This document shows, piece after piece, positions 51,347 through 61,700 of a stretch of 64,000 nucleotides of DNA. Origin of the DNA: Myxococcota bacterium (GTDB lineage: Bacteria > Myxococcota_A > SURF-8 > G963663525); contig CAXXVK010000072.1 in the NCBI GenBank assembly GCA_963676915.2, forward strand, positions 190,359 through 254,358, in the 5' to 3' direction. The translations under genes were made by a program, and so were the position numbers. The notes under the pieces are model-generated. The model saw only the letters and a program-made list of their open reading frames with translations. It was not told where the DNA came from and made no database searches. Within the stretch, counting starts at the first letter, position 1; each line of letters begins with the position of its first letter.

Positions 51347-51901
51347 TTAGTTTCGTTTGACCGTTCGCACGACAAGAGAATCTTTCGGGTCTTTCTGCAC
51401 GTAATACACGCCGATCATTCCTCCGGCGAAAGCCGCCACGCCTACAGCGGTCCAGAATCCCCAGTGCTTGTACCAGGGCGTATCGCTGTCTTTCCATCCT
51501 TTTTCGCTTCCCTGGTAATCGTCCATATCGAACGATGGTTTCGCTTTGACATCGGCTACCTCGTGCCACCATTGATTGGCCGTGGATTCGGTTGTCTTTT
51601 TTGGGGTTTGGGTCGATTTCTGCGTGGATTTGTCGGTTTTCTTCGTAGTGGATTCGGAGGTTTTCGGCTCGTTTTGTTGCGATGTTTCGGTTTTTTTCGT
51701 TTCGGCTGGTTTCGTTTTTGCTTCTTCTGTTGCAGGTGGATCGGACGTTACGCCTGTTTTGGGAGACGCTTCGGTGGTCGATTGGACCGGGGCGTTTTCT
51801 TCGGCGAAAGTACAGGGCGGCAGAATCGTCCAGGTCAGAAACGAAAACAGCAGCAGCAACGTCACACTGCTCCGGAATCCTCTAGTGGCTTGTTTTCTCA
51901 T
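51347..51901 (-). CDS. Exported protein with T/K/E-rich linker and PWYKHWGFW hydrophobic tail
   Basis: Signal peptide, low-complexity linker and C-terminal PWYK.W.FW..VG...GG segment. Confidence 0.6.
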   Translation of the reverse strand: MRKQATRGFRSSVTLLLLFSFLTWTILPPCTFAEENAPVQSTTEASPKTGVTSDPPATEEAKTKPAETKKTETSQQNEPKTSESTTKKTDKSTQKSTQTPKKTTESTANQWWHEVADVKAKPSFDMDDYQGSEKGWKDSDTPWYKHWGFWTAVGVAAFAGGMIGVYYVQKDPKDSLVVRTVKRN

Positions 51902-52148
51902 GGGGAACACGGTTTCCTTGGAATGAACCTTTTCTATGTATGTCGGACGCTTTTGTATTCGTTTGCCGATTCTTGCGATATTTTGCGTCGATTTTGTTAA
52001 GCTTTGCTTAACCTGGATATTCTTTAACCAAAAAGTGCCGGATTTCTTTTATCTGACATTGTCTTGTCATAACAGGAAGTTGCCAGAAAAACAATCTTTC
52101 CGAGGAACCATCGACCGGATCAAACGTTTGTAAATCTCGATAGACAAT

Positions 52149-52172
52149 AAAAAAGGCTCCCGAAGGAGCCTT
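52149..52172 (-). terminator. Intrinsic terminator after the SLC13 gene
   Basis: Minus strand AAGGCTCC-TTCG-GGAGCCTTTTTT. Confidence 0.85.
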
Positions 52173-52184
52173 GTAAAAATCGCT

Positions 52185-53684
52185 TTATTGCGCTGCGACC
52201 AGCATGGGCATGCCCATCATCGGCCAAATCAGCCATATGAACAAGGCAAGTACCACCATCAACATCAAACTGGCGGGTATACCGCAGGTAAAGAATTCAC
52301 CCGAGGTGAATTGCTTGCTTTCGTAGGCGATGGCATTAGGTGCGGCACCTACAAGCAGCAGGAAGGGCATACCTGCCGTAACCAGCGAGGAGAAAATGAT
52401 CACTTCGGGAGCGACTCCAAGATATCCTGCAACGACGAGCGATACCGGTACGACGGCGGCGATTGCAGCGACGTTCATGATGAAGTTCGTCAGCAACAGG
52501 ACCAGGAATGCGACGCTGATAACGAATACGAACCACGAGTAGCTCTTGAAGATATTGAGCCACATGACGGCGAGCCAGTTGGCAGCTCCGGTCTGCCATA
52601 GGCAGAAACCGATACTCATCGCGCCACCGAAGAGCAGGATAATGTTCCAGGATACGTTTTCGAGGTCTTTCAGTTCCAAGATGCGGAACACGAAAAACAG
52701 GATGGTACCCGTCAGGATGACGGCGCTTTTATTGACGGATTGAAGTTCGGGGACAAGGGAACGTACGCTGAGGAAGAGGATGACAGAGCCGACGATGGCG
52801 AGCGTCATCCATTCCACGCCTTTGACCGGTCCCAGTTTGGCGTACATTTCTTTGGATCGTTGCTTCAGTCCGGGAATCGTTTTTCTTTCAGGCTTGAACC
52901 ACAACATGAAGAAGCCCCAGAGCAAAACGACCATCAATGCTCCAATGGGGAACATGTAATAGCTTAACTCGAAAAACGAAATCACGTTGCCGGTGATTTG
53001 TTGGTAAAATCCAAGAGCTACCGCGCCCCGCGCCGCACCGAGAAGAGTGATGATACTACCGGCTCCGGCTACGAAAGCCATACCGATGAACAATCCTTTG
53101 CCGAATTTCGTCGGGCTGTTGTCTTCTTGGTAAATGGAGTGAATCGCCATCAAGAGCGGGAAAATCGTAGCCGCAACGGCAGTATGCGCCATGATCAACG
53201 TCAATGCGGCTGTCAGACCGAACGACCCCAAGTATATCATGCTGGTTTTTTCACCTACGACCGAGAGCATTTTATACGCCATGCGCTTGGTCAGTCCTGT
53301 TTTGGTGAATACCATGCCGATAACCAGCGAACCCATGATGAACCAGACCGACGGATCGAGGAAATCGGTAAAAGCAGTACGGGTTTCGCGAATGAGAAAC
53401 AGGGATTGCACGACACCGATCAAAATACCGGTTACACCAATGGGAACCACTTCGAAAACCCACCAGATCGCAGCCAGGAAAAACAGCGCCATAGCGGCTT
53501 GTCCCTGGGGCGAGAGGGTGAAAACCTTTCCTTTGGGGTCGATGGCATCGGGAAACGGGGGCAGCAGATACACAAAGGTGAACATGCCAAGACCTAGAAG
53601 CATGAAAAGGAGTCGTTTTTTATCGATACGTTGGAAAAAAGACGTCGCGTTGCTGGAAACGGCTGGCTGGCTTTCGGGGCTCAT
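52185..53684 (-). CDS. SLC13/DASS anion (sulfate/dicarboxylate) permease
   Basis: Multi-TM protein with W.FEVVPIG.T, TGL.KR.A, W.IILLFGG, LTNF..N.A and A.PNAIAY. Confidence 0.88.
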   Translation of the reverse strand: MSPESQPAVSSNATSFFQRIDKKRLLFMLLGLGMFTFVYLLPPFPDAIDPKGKVFTLSPQGQAAMALFFLAAIWWVFEVVPIGVTGILIGVVQSLFLIRETRTAFTDFLDPSVWFIMGSLVIGMVFTKTGLTKRMAYKMLSVVGEKTSMIYLGSFGLTAALTLIMAHTAVAATIFPLLMAIHSIYQEDNSPTKFGKGLFIGMAFVAGAGSIITLLGAARGAVALGFYQQITGNVISFFELSYYMFPIGALMVVLLWGFFMLWFKPERKTIPGLKQRSKEMYAKLGPVKGVEWMTLAIVGSVILFLSVRSLVPELQSVNKSAVILTGTILFFVFRILELKDLENVSWNIILLFGGAMSIGFCLWQTGAANWLAVMWLNIFKSYSWFVFVISVAFLVLLLTNFIMNVAAIAAVVPVSLVVAGYLGVAPEVIIFSSLVTAGMPFLLLVGAAPNAIAYESKQFTSGEFFTCGIPASLMLMVVLALFIWLIWPMMGMPMLVAAQ

Positions 53685-53805
53685 ATCATCACTCCATAGC
53701 TTAGATTAACTCGTGAGTCGCGTGTCGAAACGGTCAGTCTGTCCCGGCCAAAAAGCAAAGCGGAAAAATTTTCGCTTTGATTGGATTTTGGGTTGAATCT
53801 AGGGA

Positions 53806-54240
53806 TTACCATCCCTTTTTCTTCAAAATGTCGTCGATAGTTTCGGCGGAACGTTCTTGGACGATCACCATGCGTTTTTGGGCGGCTTCGGAAATTTTAT
53901 CCATCAGTTCTTTGATATCCGCCGGTTTTTCCAAAAAGTCCATGGCACCGCTTTTCATCGCTTCGATGCCTTTATGCACGGTGCCGTAACCGGTCAGGAT
54001 GATGACCCGATGGTCGGGATCGATTTCCATCAGCCGGTTGAGCGTTTCGATGCCGTCCATTTCCGGCATTTGCATGTCGAGCACGATGGCGTCGAAAGAA
54101 TGTTCGCGAGCCATTTCGAGCGCGATTTTGCCGCTGGAAGCGGTCAGGACATCGATTCCACGGTTTTTCAGGCGTTTGGACAGTATCGAGGTGAAATCCT
54201 CTTCGTCGTCCACCAACAGAACTCTTTCGTTGGACATCAT
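53806..54240 (-). CDS. Single-domain response regulator
   Basis: LLVDDE, VLDMQMPEMDG, LTGYG and FLEKP. No cognate kinase adjacent. Confidence 0.9.
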   Translation of the reverse strand: MMSNERVLLVDDEEDFTSILSKRLKNRGIDVLTASSGKIALEMAREHSFDAIVLDMQMPEMDGIETLNRLMEIDPDHRVIILTGYGTVHKGIEAMKSGAMDFLEKPADIKELMDKISEAAQKRMVIVQERSAETIDDILKKKGW

Positions 54241-54828
54241 CTTTCTCCTTTACTGGGCACGAATTCCCGGCGAGAGCGTTCTAAGGTACGAACTGCGTTC
54301 AATCGAAAGCTCATTGTCGAAGGAAATGTCAGGAATTGCAGGGAACAGTGTGCCGTATTGAATGCGGATTGGGAAAAGCTAAAAATTCCCAGAATATTGG
54401 TCGAAATGTCTTCAGGCTTCTTCATGGGCATAATCACCCTTTCAAAGTCGAATTGCGCATTTTTTAACAAAACGGTCACAAAATTTCCAGACAAATCGGT
54501 CGGGCTATGCCGTTTTTTATCCACCAATGTGGTGGAGATAGGGAAGATTGACGCAGCGCAAAATAGAAAGGACATGCAAGGTGTTGGATTTCAATAAGGA
54601 TTTTAACGGAAGCGTTACGACTTAAACTTGCAGGATTGACAGAGCGTAATACGAATCCGTACAAAGGTGTTTCGTGTTCCTAGTATAAAAATAATACTCA
54701 TTTTCACGACAAGCAGGTTTTCAAAGAATAAGGCATTCATTTTTCCAACGAAGGTGTATCTTCAATTTCTTGACGCACTGCGTGGTCTTGCGTATATTTC
54801 CAAAGACTCGATGACAGGAGGGTCTTTC

Positions 54829-55374
54829 ATGGCACGATGGTTTCCCAAGGCTAAATGGCTTTCCCGACATTCCCTTTTTTTCGTCGAAACGCTGAACGGT
54901 ACGCATCGTTTCTCGGTTGGAGATCAATGGACCGAGGAGCGTAAACTCACCTTCACGCTTGATGTCCAAAGCGCTAACCTGTTGGATTTCCTCGCTTCTC
55001 CCCGAAAAGAATCACGCCGCTTGCATGTCGAAGGAATGGTTCATGCCGAGGGGCTGGCCGATTGGAACGGTTTGGAAGGTGTGCTCGAAATCGATATTCC
55101 CGCATCGCAAAGACTGCGCTATCAGTTCGATTTTACAGGGGACGACGGCCAAAAGTATCGTTTCGAAGGCGTGAAATCTTTTTCGATTCTGCATCCCTGG
55201 CAGTCGATGACCCGCCTTTTCGGCAAGATTATCCGCCGTGAGGATCATTCGATCGTTTCCTCCGGAACCGTTCTTTTCGATGCGGTGCAGTTGTTGCCGT
55301 TCTTGCTGACGTTCCGAATTCGCAATGGCGAGAAGACCGAAACCGTGCCTCTCGAAGCCGATTTTGCACAATAG
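54829..55374 (+). CDS. Hypothetical protein resembling the beta-rich accessory domain attached to some GMC/cholesterol oxidases
   Basis: GGAGG SD; F.L.V...G.V...GL...LEG...RLRY.F.F..DDG..Y.F.G.K...W..MT.L pattern, recognised from memory only. Confidence 0.5.
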   Translation: MARWFPKAKWLSRHSLFFVETLNGTHRFSVGDQWTEERKLTFTLDVQSANLLDFLASPRKESRRLHVEGMVHAEGLADWNGLEGVLEIDIPASQRLRYQFDFTGDDGQKYRFEGVKSFSILHPWQSMTRLFGKIIRREDHSIVSSGTVLFDAVQLLPFLLTFRIRNGEKTETVPLEADFAQ

Positions 55375-55398
55375 AAGCCATTCGAAAGCGTCCGAAAG

Positions 55399-57138
55399 TC
55401 AATAACGTAAAACGAGTTTCCCTTTGACTCCCTCGAATTTTGGAATCTGGCGACAGACACCACCGAAGCAGCGGTAGCCGGATTTGACCTGTCCACCGAA
55501 GACGGAAAGCTCTGCCCAGTCTGTGAAGCGGGCTTTGATTTCTCCTGCAAAATAATGGTCTTGCGTGTCGTCGCCGGAGGTGTCGGGAACATCGATGGAT
55601 TGATACGTATAGAGGAATGCAAAGCTGTAGCGGCCTTTGTAAGTATAAGAAAGCGTTGTTTCCACCTCGTCCGTCAATCGTACGGGAGCGCTTTGTTCGT
55701 CTTTGCGCCGATAGATGGCTTCCGCTTCCAGTCCGTGATTTTCTGCCAGTGGAGCTTTGAGCGCCAGTTTGGCATGGATGATTTCCTGGTATTCGACGCT
55801 GTTTTCGGCGTGGTATTCGTCCCGGAAACCGCCTTCTGCAATCAATTCCACGGCTCCGATAAACTGCGTCAGACCGCCGTAAGCATGGTGAATTCGATAG
55901 CCTTTGGAAACGTTTTCGCCGAATCCGCCCTGGGAAGGTTCCAGTTTTTCGGATCGATTGATGGAAAAATAGTAGTTGACGTACGGTTGCATCCCGATGC
56001 TGTCGAACAGATAGTCCGCTCGTAACCGAAAGCCCTGGGCGGTTCCTTCGTTCAGATGCAGTTCCATGTCTTCTTTTTCAAGGTTCGGCGGGTCGTGGTA
56101 CCAGATGTCGTCGGTGAATGTCGTTCCGCCGGGTGCGTCGCGACCTTGGAGGTCGATGGGGTTTTTCGTGCGTCGAAACTGGAACGTATCATAGTGCTTG
56201 TATTCCCCTAAAAACGTGAAATTTTCGTAATACAGATCCAGTGAGGCATAGACTGCGTAGCCATCCGCCTGGGTCGGGCGGATGTGGCGGGCGTCCTCGA
56301 TGTCGATTTTCCTGCCGGAACGCATCATGTAATCGCCCTCAACGTAGAGTGATAAAAGCTGAGCGATATCCGTAAGTTCGAGAGATGCACCCCAGATCAG
56401 GGTTTTATCCTCGGTCAGAAAACGTCGCTCGGCTTGCGAGAGCGTTGCACCGTGCTGCGTGCCTACCGCATGCATTTCCAGCGTAAAGACATCGGCGAAG
56501 CGTTGAGCGATTTCGAAACCGCCGATTAAATCGTTGGGGTCGGAGTTGACTTTTTCGGTGTAGAGATCGGTGTTGAGGGTGTTGGTCAGTCCAGCGAAAC
56601 CCGTGGCTCGGGTAGCGTCTCCCCGAAAGGCGATTCGTGCACCACGAAGGCTGTTGTCATAAAAATCCTCCGCTCGGCGGGTGATCGACAAGGCAATGCC
56701 GCGACCGAGCGTCTGGGTGAAATCTCCGAGGGTTACGGTGACGTTGTCGTCTCGATACGTGCCGTAGATTTTCTCCAGACGCACGGCATCTTCGGAATAT
56801 CCGTAGGTTTGAGAGGGCAGGGTGGAGCCTTGCGGGGCGACCGTGCGAACCTCCAGTGGGTCGGGATAGTACAGCGCATCCAGGCGAAAACCGGCCTCCC
56901 AGCGTTCCCAACCGACATTCATCCGAAGGGTTTCTTGCAATTTTACAAAATCATCCGCTTCGATGTTGGCCTGATTTTCGTTTTCCTTGTACTTGGAATG
57001 CCACTCGGAGATGGTGGTGGAATCGACGGAGAGCAGCAACGGATGGTCGCCGAGGTCATTTACCAGTACTCCCGCCTGGGATGCCGATGGCAATCCGAGC
57101 AGAATGAAAATCAAGAGATAACGCAAGGTTGCGGGCAT
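55399..57138 (-). CDS. DUF6029-like outer-membrane beta-barrel protein
   Basis: Signal peptide, alternating beta strands, GDF...GRG..L, C-terminal GYRCFGGVCR..P.FEG and a terminal aromatic Y. Confidence 0.68.
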   Translation of the reverse strand: MPATLRYLLIFILLGLPSASQAGVLVNDLGDHPLLLSVDSTTISEWHSKYKENENQANIEADDFVKLQETLRMNVGWERWEAGFRLDALYYPDPLEVRTVAPQGSTLPSQTYGYSEDAVRLEKIYGTYRDDNVTVTLGDFTQTLGRGIALSITRRAEDFYDNSLRGARIAFRGDATRATGFAGLTNTLNTDLYTEKVNSDPNDLIGGFEIAQRFADVFTLEMHAVGTQHGATLSQAERRFLTEDKTLIWGASLELTDIAQLLSLYVEGDYMMRSGRKIDIEDARHIRPTQADGYAVYASLDLYYENFTFLGEYKHYDTFQFRRTKNPIDLQGRDAPGGTTFTDDIWYHDPPNLEKEDMELHLNEGTAQGFRLRADYLFDSIGMQPYVNYYFSINRSEKLEPSQGGFGENVSKGYRIHHAYGGLTQFIGAVELIAEGGFRDEYHAENSVEYQEIIHAKLALKAPLAENHGLEAEAIYRRKDEQSAPVRLTDEVETTLSYTYKGRYSFAFLYTYQSIDVPDTSGDDTQDHYFAGEIKARFTDWAELSVFGGQVKSGYRCFGGVCRQIPKFEGVKGKLVLRY

Positions 57139-57139
57139 G

Positions 57140-57748
57140 TTATTCTCCCAGCAATTGCTCGATCATCGGTTCCAGCTTGTGTTCGTCTCCGGGGAGATAA
57201 CCCTGTTTTTTCATGCGGATACGACCCTTTTTATCGACAAGCACGGTGTAGGGGATTTCCAAGGCCGGATTGATTTTCGCCAGATGCGCGTTTTCCGGGT
57301 CAATCAGCATGGGAAAATGGACTTTCAACGAGCGGGCCAGCGACCGGACACGACTTTTGTTGCGGCTTTCGTCGGTGTTGATCCCGACAATTGTAAAACC
57401 TTTCGATTCGTATTTGCGAAACAGGGTCTGCAAGGCACGAAGTTCCGCTTTGCACGGCTCGCACCAGCTTGCCCAGAACGCAAGCAGAACCACGTGGTCT
57501 TTAAGCTTGACCGAGGAAAACGAGCCACCCTTGATGCGGGTCAGATGAAACTGCGGGGCCGGTGGACCATCGGGAGGCAGGAGATCTTTCTTCGCGTTTT
57601 TCTGCTCGTCGGAAGGTTTGTCGGAAAGTTTTTCCTTTGCATCCTCGATTTTTGTGGGTTCTGGCGATGTTTTCCCTTCGTCAGCCCATGCGCAGAATTG
57701 GAACGAAAAGAGAAAAAGTACGACAAAAGGCAATATTCGATAGATCAT
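57140..57748 (-). CDS. TlpA-family thiol-disulfide oxidoreductase
   Basis: FWASWCEPC and cis-Pro IPYT; signal peptide. Confidence 0.88.
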   Translation of the reverse strand: MIYRILPFVVLFLFSFQFCAWADEGKTSPEPTKIEDAKEKLSDKPSDEQKNAKKDLLPPDGPPAPQFHLTRIKGGSFSSVKLKDHVVLLAFWASWCEPCKAELRALQTLFRKYESKGFTIVGINTDESRNKSRVRSLARSLKVHFPMLIDPENAHLAKINPALEIPYTVLVDKKGRIRMKKQGYLPGDEHKLEPMIEQLLGE

Positions 57749-57761
57749 AGTCTGCCTCGTG

Positions 57762-57893
57762 GTAGGTCGGGCAAATTTCTTGCCCGACAAAGGAAAGGGG
57801 GCGGAAATTAAAATAGTGCGGATTCGGAATCGACCCGTTGGGATCGATGTTCCAAGTAGGAAAGGTGTCGGGCAAGAAATTTGCCCGACCTAC
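57762..57893. repeat. Perfect inverted pair of 28-bp GTAG REP palindromes (REPIN-like)
   Basis: GTAGGTCGGGCAAATTTCTTGCCCGACA (57762-57789) and its exact reverse complement (57866-57893). Confidence 0.85.
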
Positions 57894-57935
57894 TTTTGAT
57901 TTATGCAAGTTCCTTCTATTTCGGTTCATTTTCCG

Positions 57936-58619
57936 TCATTCCGCTGCAAGCGCTGCCTGAATGGCGGCTTCAATGGTCTGATCGATGCCGCCTTCCAGGA
58001 CGAACGTGATTTTCATGCGGCGATCGAGCACCAGGTTGAGCGGCATCGATGGCGACGGCCAACTTGGATGGTAAGGACCAAGCAGATTGTCGGCATCGAC
58101 CAGCAGGGGAAAGGCGACATCGTAGCGTTCTCTCCAGCTTTGACAGAATTCGGTGGTGGCCGGGCTTCCGCCGTCGTTTTCATTGAGAAGCTGTAGGATC
58201 ACCAGTCCTTGATCTTTGTACGTATCGTACCAGTCGTTGAGCGTTGGAGCTTCCGAACGGCAGACCGAGCACCATCCGGCGGAATGGTTGATGAATACCG
58301 CTTTGGCGTTTCCGAAAACATCGCTGAGGGAATGGGGCACGCCGTCGCAGTCGTTGAGCGTGAAATCGGCCATCGTCTCGCCGTTGGTCGTGCCGTAGGG
58401 GCCGGAGGGATAGCCTTCCTCCAGCGGTTCGGCCTCTTCCGTATCGGCGGTTTCCGGTGTTTCGACATCTTCGGCTGCGTCGTTTTCTTCGTCGGTGTCG
58501 GTAGCCGGGAGGAGGGTGTCGTAGTTGTCCGTTCCTGTACAGGCAGCTAGCGACAGGACAAGCAACAGCGCGAACATCACAACGATAATCCGGCGAAAAG
58601 TCCATGGGAAATGGGTCAT
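57936..58619 (-). CDS. Redoxin/TlpA-like lipoprotein
   Basis: Lipobox LAAC, YP.GPYG, AGWCSVC and MPLN. Confidence 0.82.
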   Translation of the reverse strand: MTHFPWTFRRIIVVMFALLLVLSLAACTGTDNYDTLLPATDTDEENDAAEDVETPETADTEEAEPLEEGYPSGPYGTTNGETMADFTLNDCDGVPHSLSDVFGNAKAVFINHSAGWCSVCRSEAPTLNDWYDTYKDQGLVILQLLNENDGGSPATTEFCQSWRERYDVAFPLLVDADNLLGPYHPSWPSPSMPLNLVLDRRMKITFVLEGGIDQTIEAAIQAALAAE

Positions 58620-58679
58620 CGGTTCGACTCCAAAGTTGCGAATCACATTCCTTTTGTACCATAAATGCGCGATCTTGCG

Positions 58680-58706
58680 AAAAAAAGCGGGGCCGAAGCC
58701 CCGCTT
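58680..58706 (-). terminator. Intrinsic terminator after the giant surface protein
   Basis: Minus strand AAGCGGGGC-TTCG-GCCCCGCTTTTTTT. Confidence 0.85.
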
Positions 58707-58728
58707 GGATACGTGAGAAAATGCAAAG

Positions 58729-61700
58729 TCAGCACGTCGACGCCCTTCGTCGTCTCCAAACGGCCAGTGCCAATACCGAAAGCGCCATCATCAGCACGTT
58801 CCATGGGTTGGTTGAGTTGCCGCCGACATTATTGCATTTGCATCCTTCGTCAGGTGGTGGTGTGCAGCAGTCATCTCCGTAATTGTAGCATTCGGGATCA
58901 TTTTCGTTGCAATCTGCACCCAAACACCAGATGCCAGTACCGTATTTGTCGCCGTCCAGGTCATTTTCGCAGACGTGCGTTGTGCAGCAGGTGTCTCCTT
59001 CCAGCCAGCAATCGGGATTGTCGTCGTCACAGTCGCTACCCAAGCAATCCGCTCCATCGCCATAGTTGTCGTTGTCCTCGTCGACGCAGTCTTTGACGAC
59101 CGAAACCGTGACGGAATCCACCTCGGACGTGTTGCCGTACTCATCTTCCACGACGAGTTCGAACGTTATTGTTCCTTCATATTCGGGGGTGAATTCTACT
59201 TGCGAAGCTTCGAACCAGTCAAACGTCGAATTGGGATCGGCGTTGGCAAGGTTCAGGTCGTCTGCTTCCAATTCTTCCATAGTGCCTGTAGCGTCCGAGA
59301 TCGTCCAGGAGTAGGTAATCGCGTCTTCATCGGGATCGTACGAGCCGCTGCCGTCGAGAGTAACGGCCACGTTGAGTCGTCCACTGATGGAATCTTGAGA
59401 AATCACCGCTACCGGACGACGGTTGCTGTTGACGTTGACCGTTACCAAAGCCGGTTCGGATTCGAGAATTCCGTCCGAAACGACAAGTTGGAAAGCGTAG
59501 TTTCCTTCTTTTTCGGGAGTGAAACTCATCGTGGTTCCATCGTCACTGATCGTCAGTTCGACTTCCGCCGCACTGTTTTCGAGATCCTGTTCCCAGAAGT
59601 GAGTTAGCGGTAACAGCGGACAGTTTTCCTGCTCGCCACAGTCTGCGGAGTCGTAAGAGGCGGAGTCCAGCACGACTTCCTGATACTCTTCGCCTTCCAC
59701 CGTGCAGGTATCGGTTTCCTGCTGGGTACACTGTTCGATGACAGCCTCGGGTGGGCAGTTGCAAGTATCTGTGATAACGGTGATTTCCAGCGGAGCGGAG
59801 TGCAGTTCGCCATCGAAAGCCCAGACGTTGAACTTGTACTGAACGTGGTTGATATCGGGAATGAACGATACCCGGTCACCTTCGTAGTCGGACAGTACGA
59901 CCGGCGGGCCTGCCGTCTGGCACCAGGAGAATTCGATATCTGCAAGATCTTCCGTGTCGTCGAACGCTCCGACCACCATTTCGACTTCTTCGGTGGTGCG
60001 GTCTGTAAAAATGATGTTTCCGGTTGCCATGGAACCGTCTTCGATACGGTAAATTTCGGGAACCGAGGGGTTTCTGCTGCTATGTACGCGAATGGCCACC
60101 GTGGCCGGTTCGGAATGATCCGGGGCTTCGTGAACCGAGGTTCCCTGGGGACGGGTCGTGCTGTCGGCTACGGTCAGTTCGAATACGTACAAACCCGGCG
60201 AGAAGAACGTCAGGTCCAGCGTATCCTGAAGTACGATGTGCGAGGCTTCGTTGTCTGCGTCGTATTCCGGTATTACCGGCCAGCCGCGAATCTGTCGCCA
60301 GTGGTAGTCGAGATCGGACACCGACCCGAACGGATATTCGGACGACGTGCCGAGTAGACGAATCTGGGCGTAGGGAATGGCGCTGTTGAGTGCGCTACCG
60401 CCTTGAGGATAAGCCAACTGCACCATTTCGTCTCCACCTTCCACCAGAATATTGGCCACGGGAAGTTTCTTGGTGACTCCCTCCACGGGAATGGTGATCG
60501 TTGTAACCGGGCTGACTTTGTTGTCGGCCTCTACTACGAGAGAAAAAGTGTACAGTCCCTTTTCACGCGCTGGTGTAAAGGTCATTTTGCTCCAGTCTTC
60601 CACGCTGTCGGGACCGGCGGGTTCGATGGCTTGGTTTTCCGTGGGTCCGCTGACATATTCCCAGCGATAGTCCCGTGGGTCGATCGTTGCCCCGCTACGG
60701 GTCGCACTCAACGAGCCATCCAGCACAATCGCTCCGGTCGATAGCGGCGGATCGGTTTCCAACTTGATGATCGCCACAGGCAGAACGTCGCTGTTTTCGG
60801 GCGTTTCGAGGTCGATGCTCATGATTTCGATGCTGGTCTCAGCAGGTTCCGACCAGGGCGCGCCTTCGTCGCCTTCAGTCAGTCCGTCGATATGTTCACG
60901 GGCCTGAACGCTGAACGAGTAGACACCCGCTTCGACGAAGGTGGTCGATAGAACCGGAGTCATCAGGGATTTTTGATCATCCTGCATGATGGTGACGCTG
61001 TTGTCGTCCGTCCAGAGATAATCCACCTGTTCTTCGAGCGGCGTTTGCTCGACTTGCCGTGGAAACGCCTGAGCAAGGTTCCAGTCACCGGAACCGTACG
61101 CGTTCGCCGAGGAACCGGGAGACAGAGGATCGATGTTTTTCTTGCAACTTGCGGCAGCGTAGGTCGGGTATTCGATCACCGTATGGGTGACGGTATCGAC
61201 CGCGCAGACGTCGTTTCCGTCGCAGTCGGTACAGACTTTCAACTCGAACACATAATCTCCAGCCTCGAAAGCCGCGAATTGGGTCGTAAGGCTGGTTTTG
61301 TTTTCGATATAGACTTTTTTGTTATCCGATTCTTCAAGAAGCTGCCGCCACTCGATGTCGGAAGGCTGGCCATCGCCCGGAATGGTGTAACTTCCCGAAA
61401 GGGGAATGATTCCCGGATTCCATCCTGTGGTTGGTGCGGGAACGACCGTAACCACGGGTTCGATATCGGGACGATGGATTACAACATTGAAGGCGTAACA
61501 GTCTTCTTCATTACCGGTATCGGTGACGCAGACCGTAACCGGAAAACTCTGGGAACAGGAGCCAAGCAGGTCGGCTTCTGTCGGATCGCATACGGCGATG
61601 TTGTTGGTGTTTTGCTCGAATTCCAGCCAGGCAGGACCGGATTCCACCCGGTAATACAACGTTTCTGCGCAGGCTGTATCGATATCCTCAACCTCTACAC

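Noticed and set aside
54237-54575. 112-aa ORF as a kinase remnant upstream of the response regulator
   Set aside because: No recognisable kinase motifs; the AT-rich sequence looks like a promoter region.
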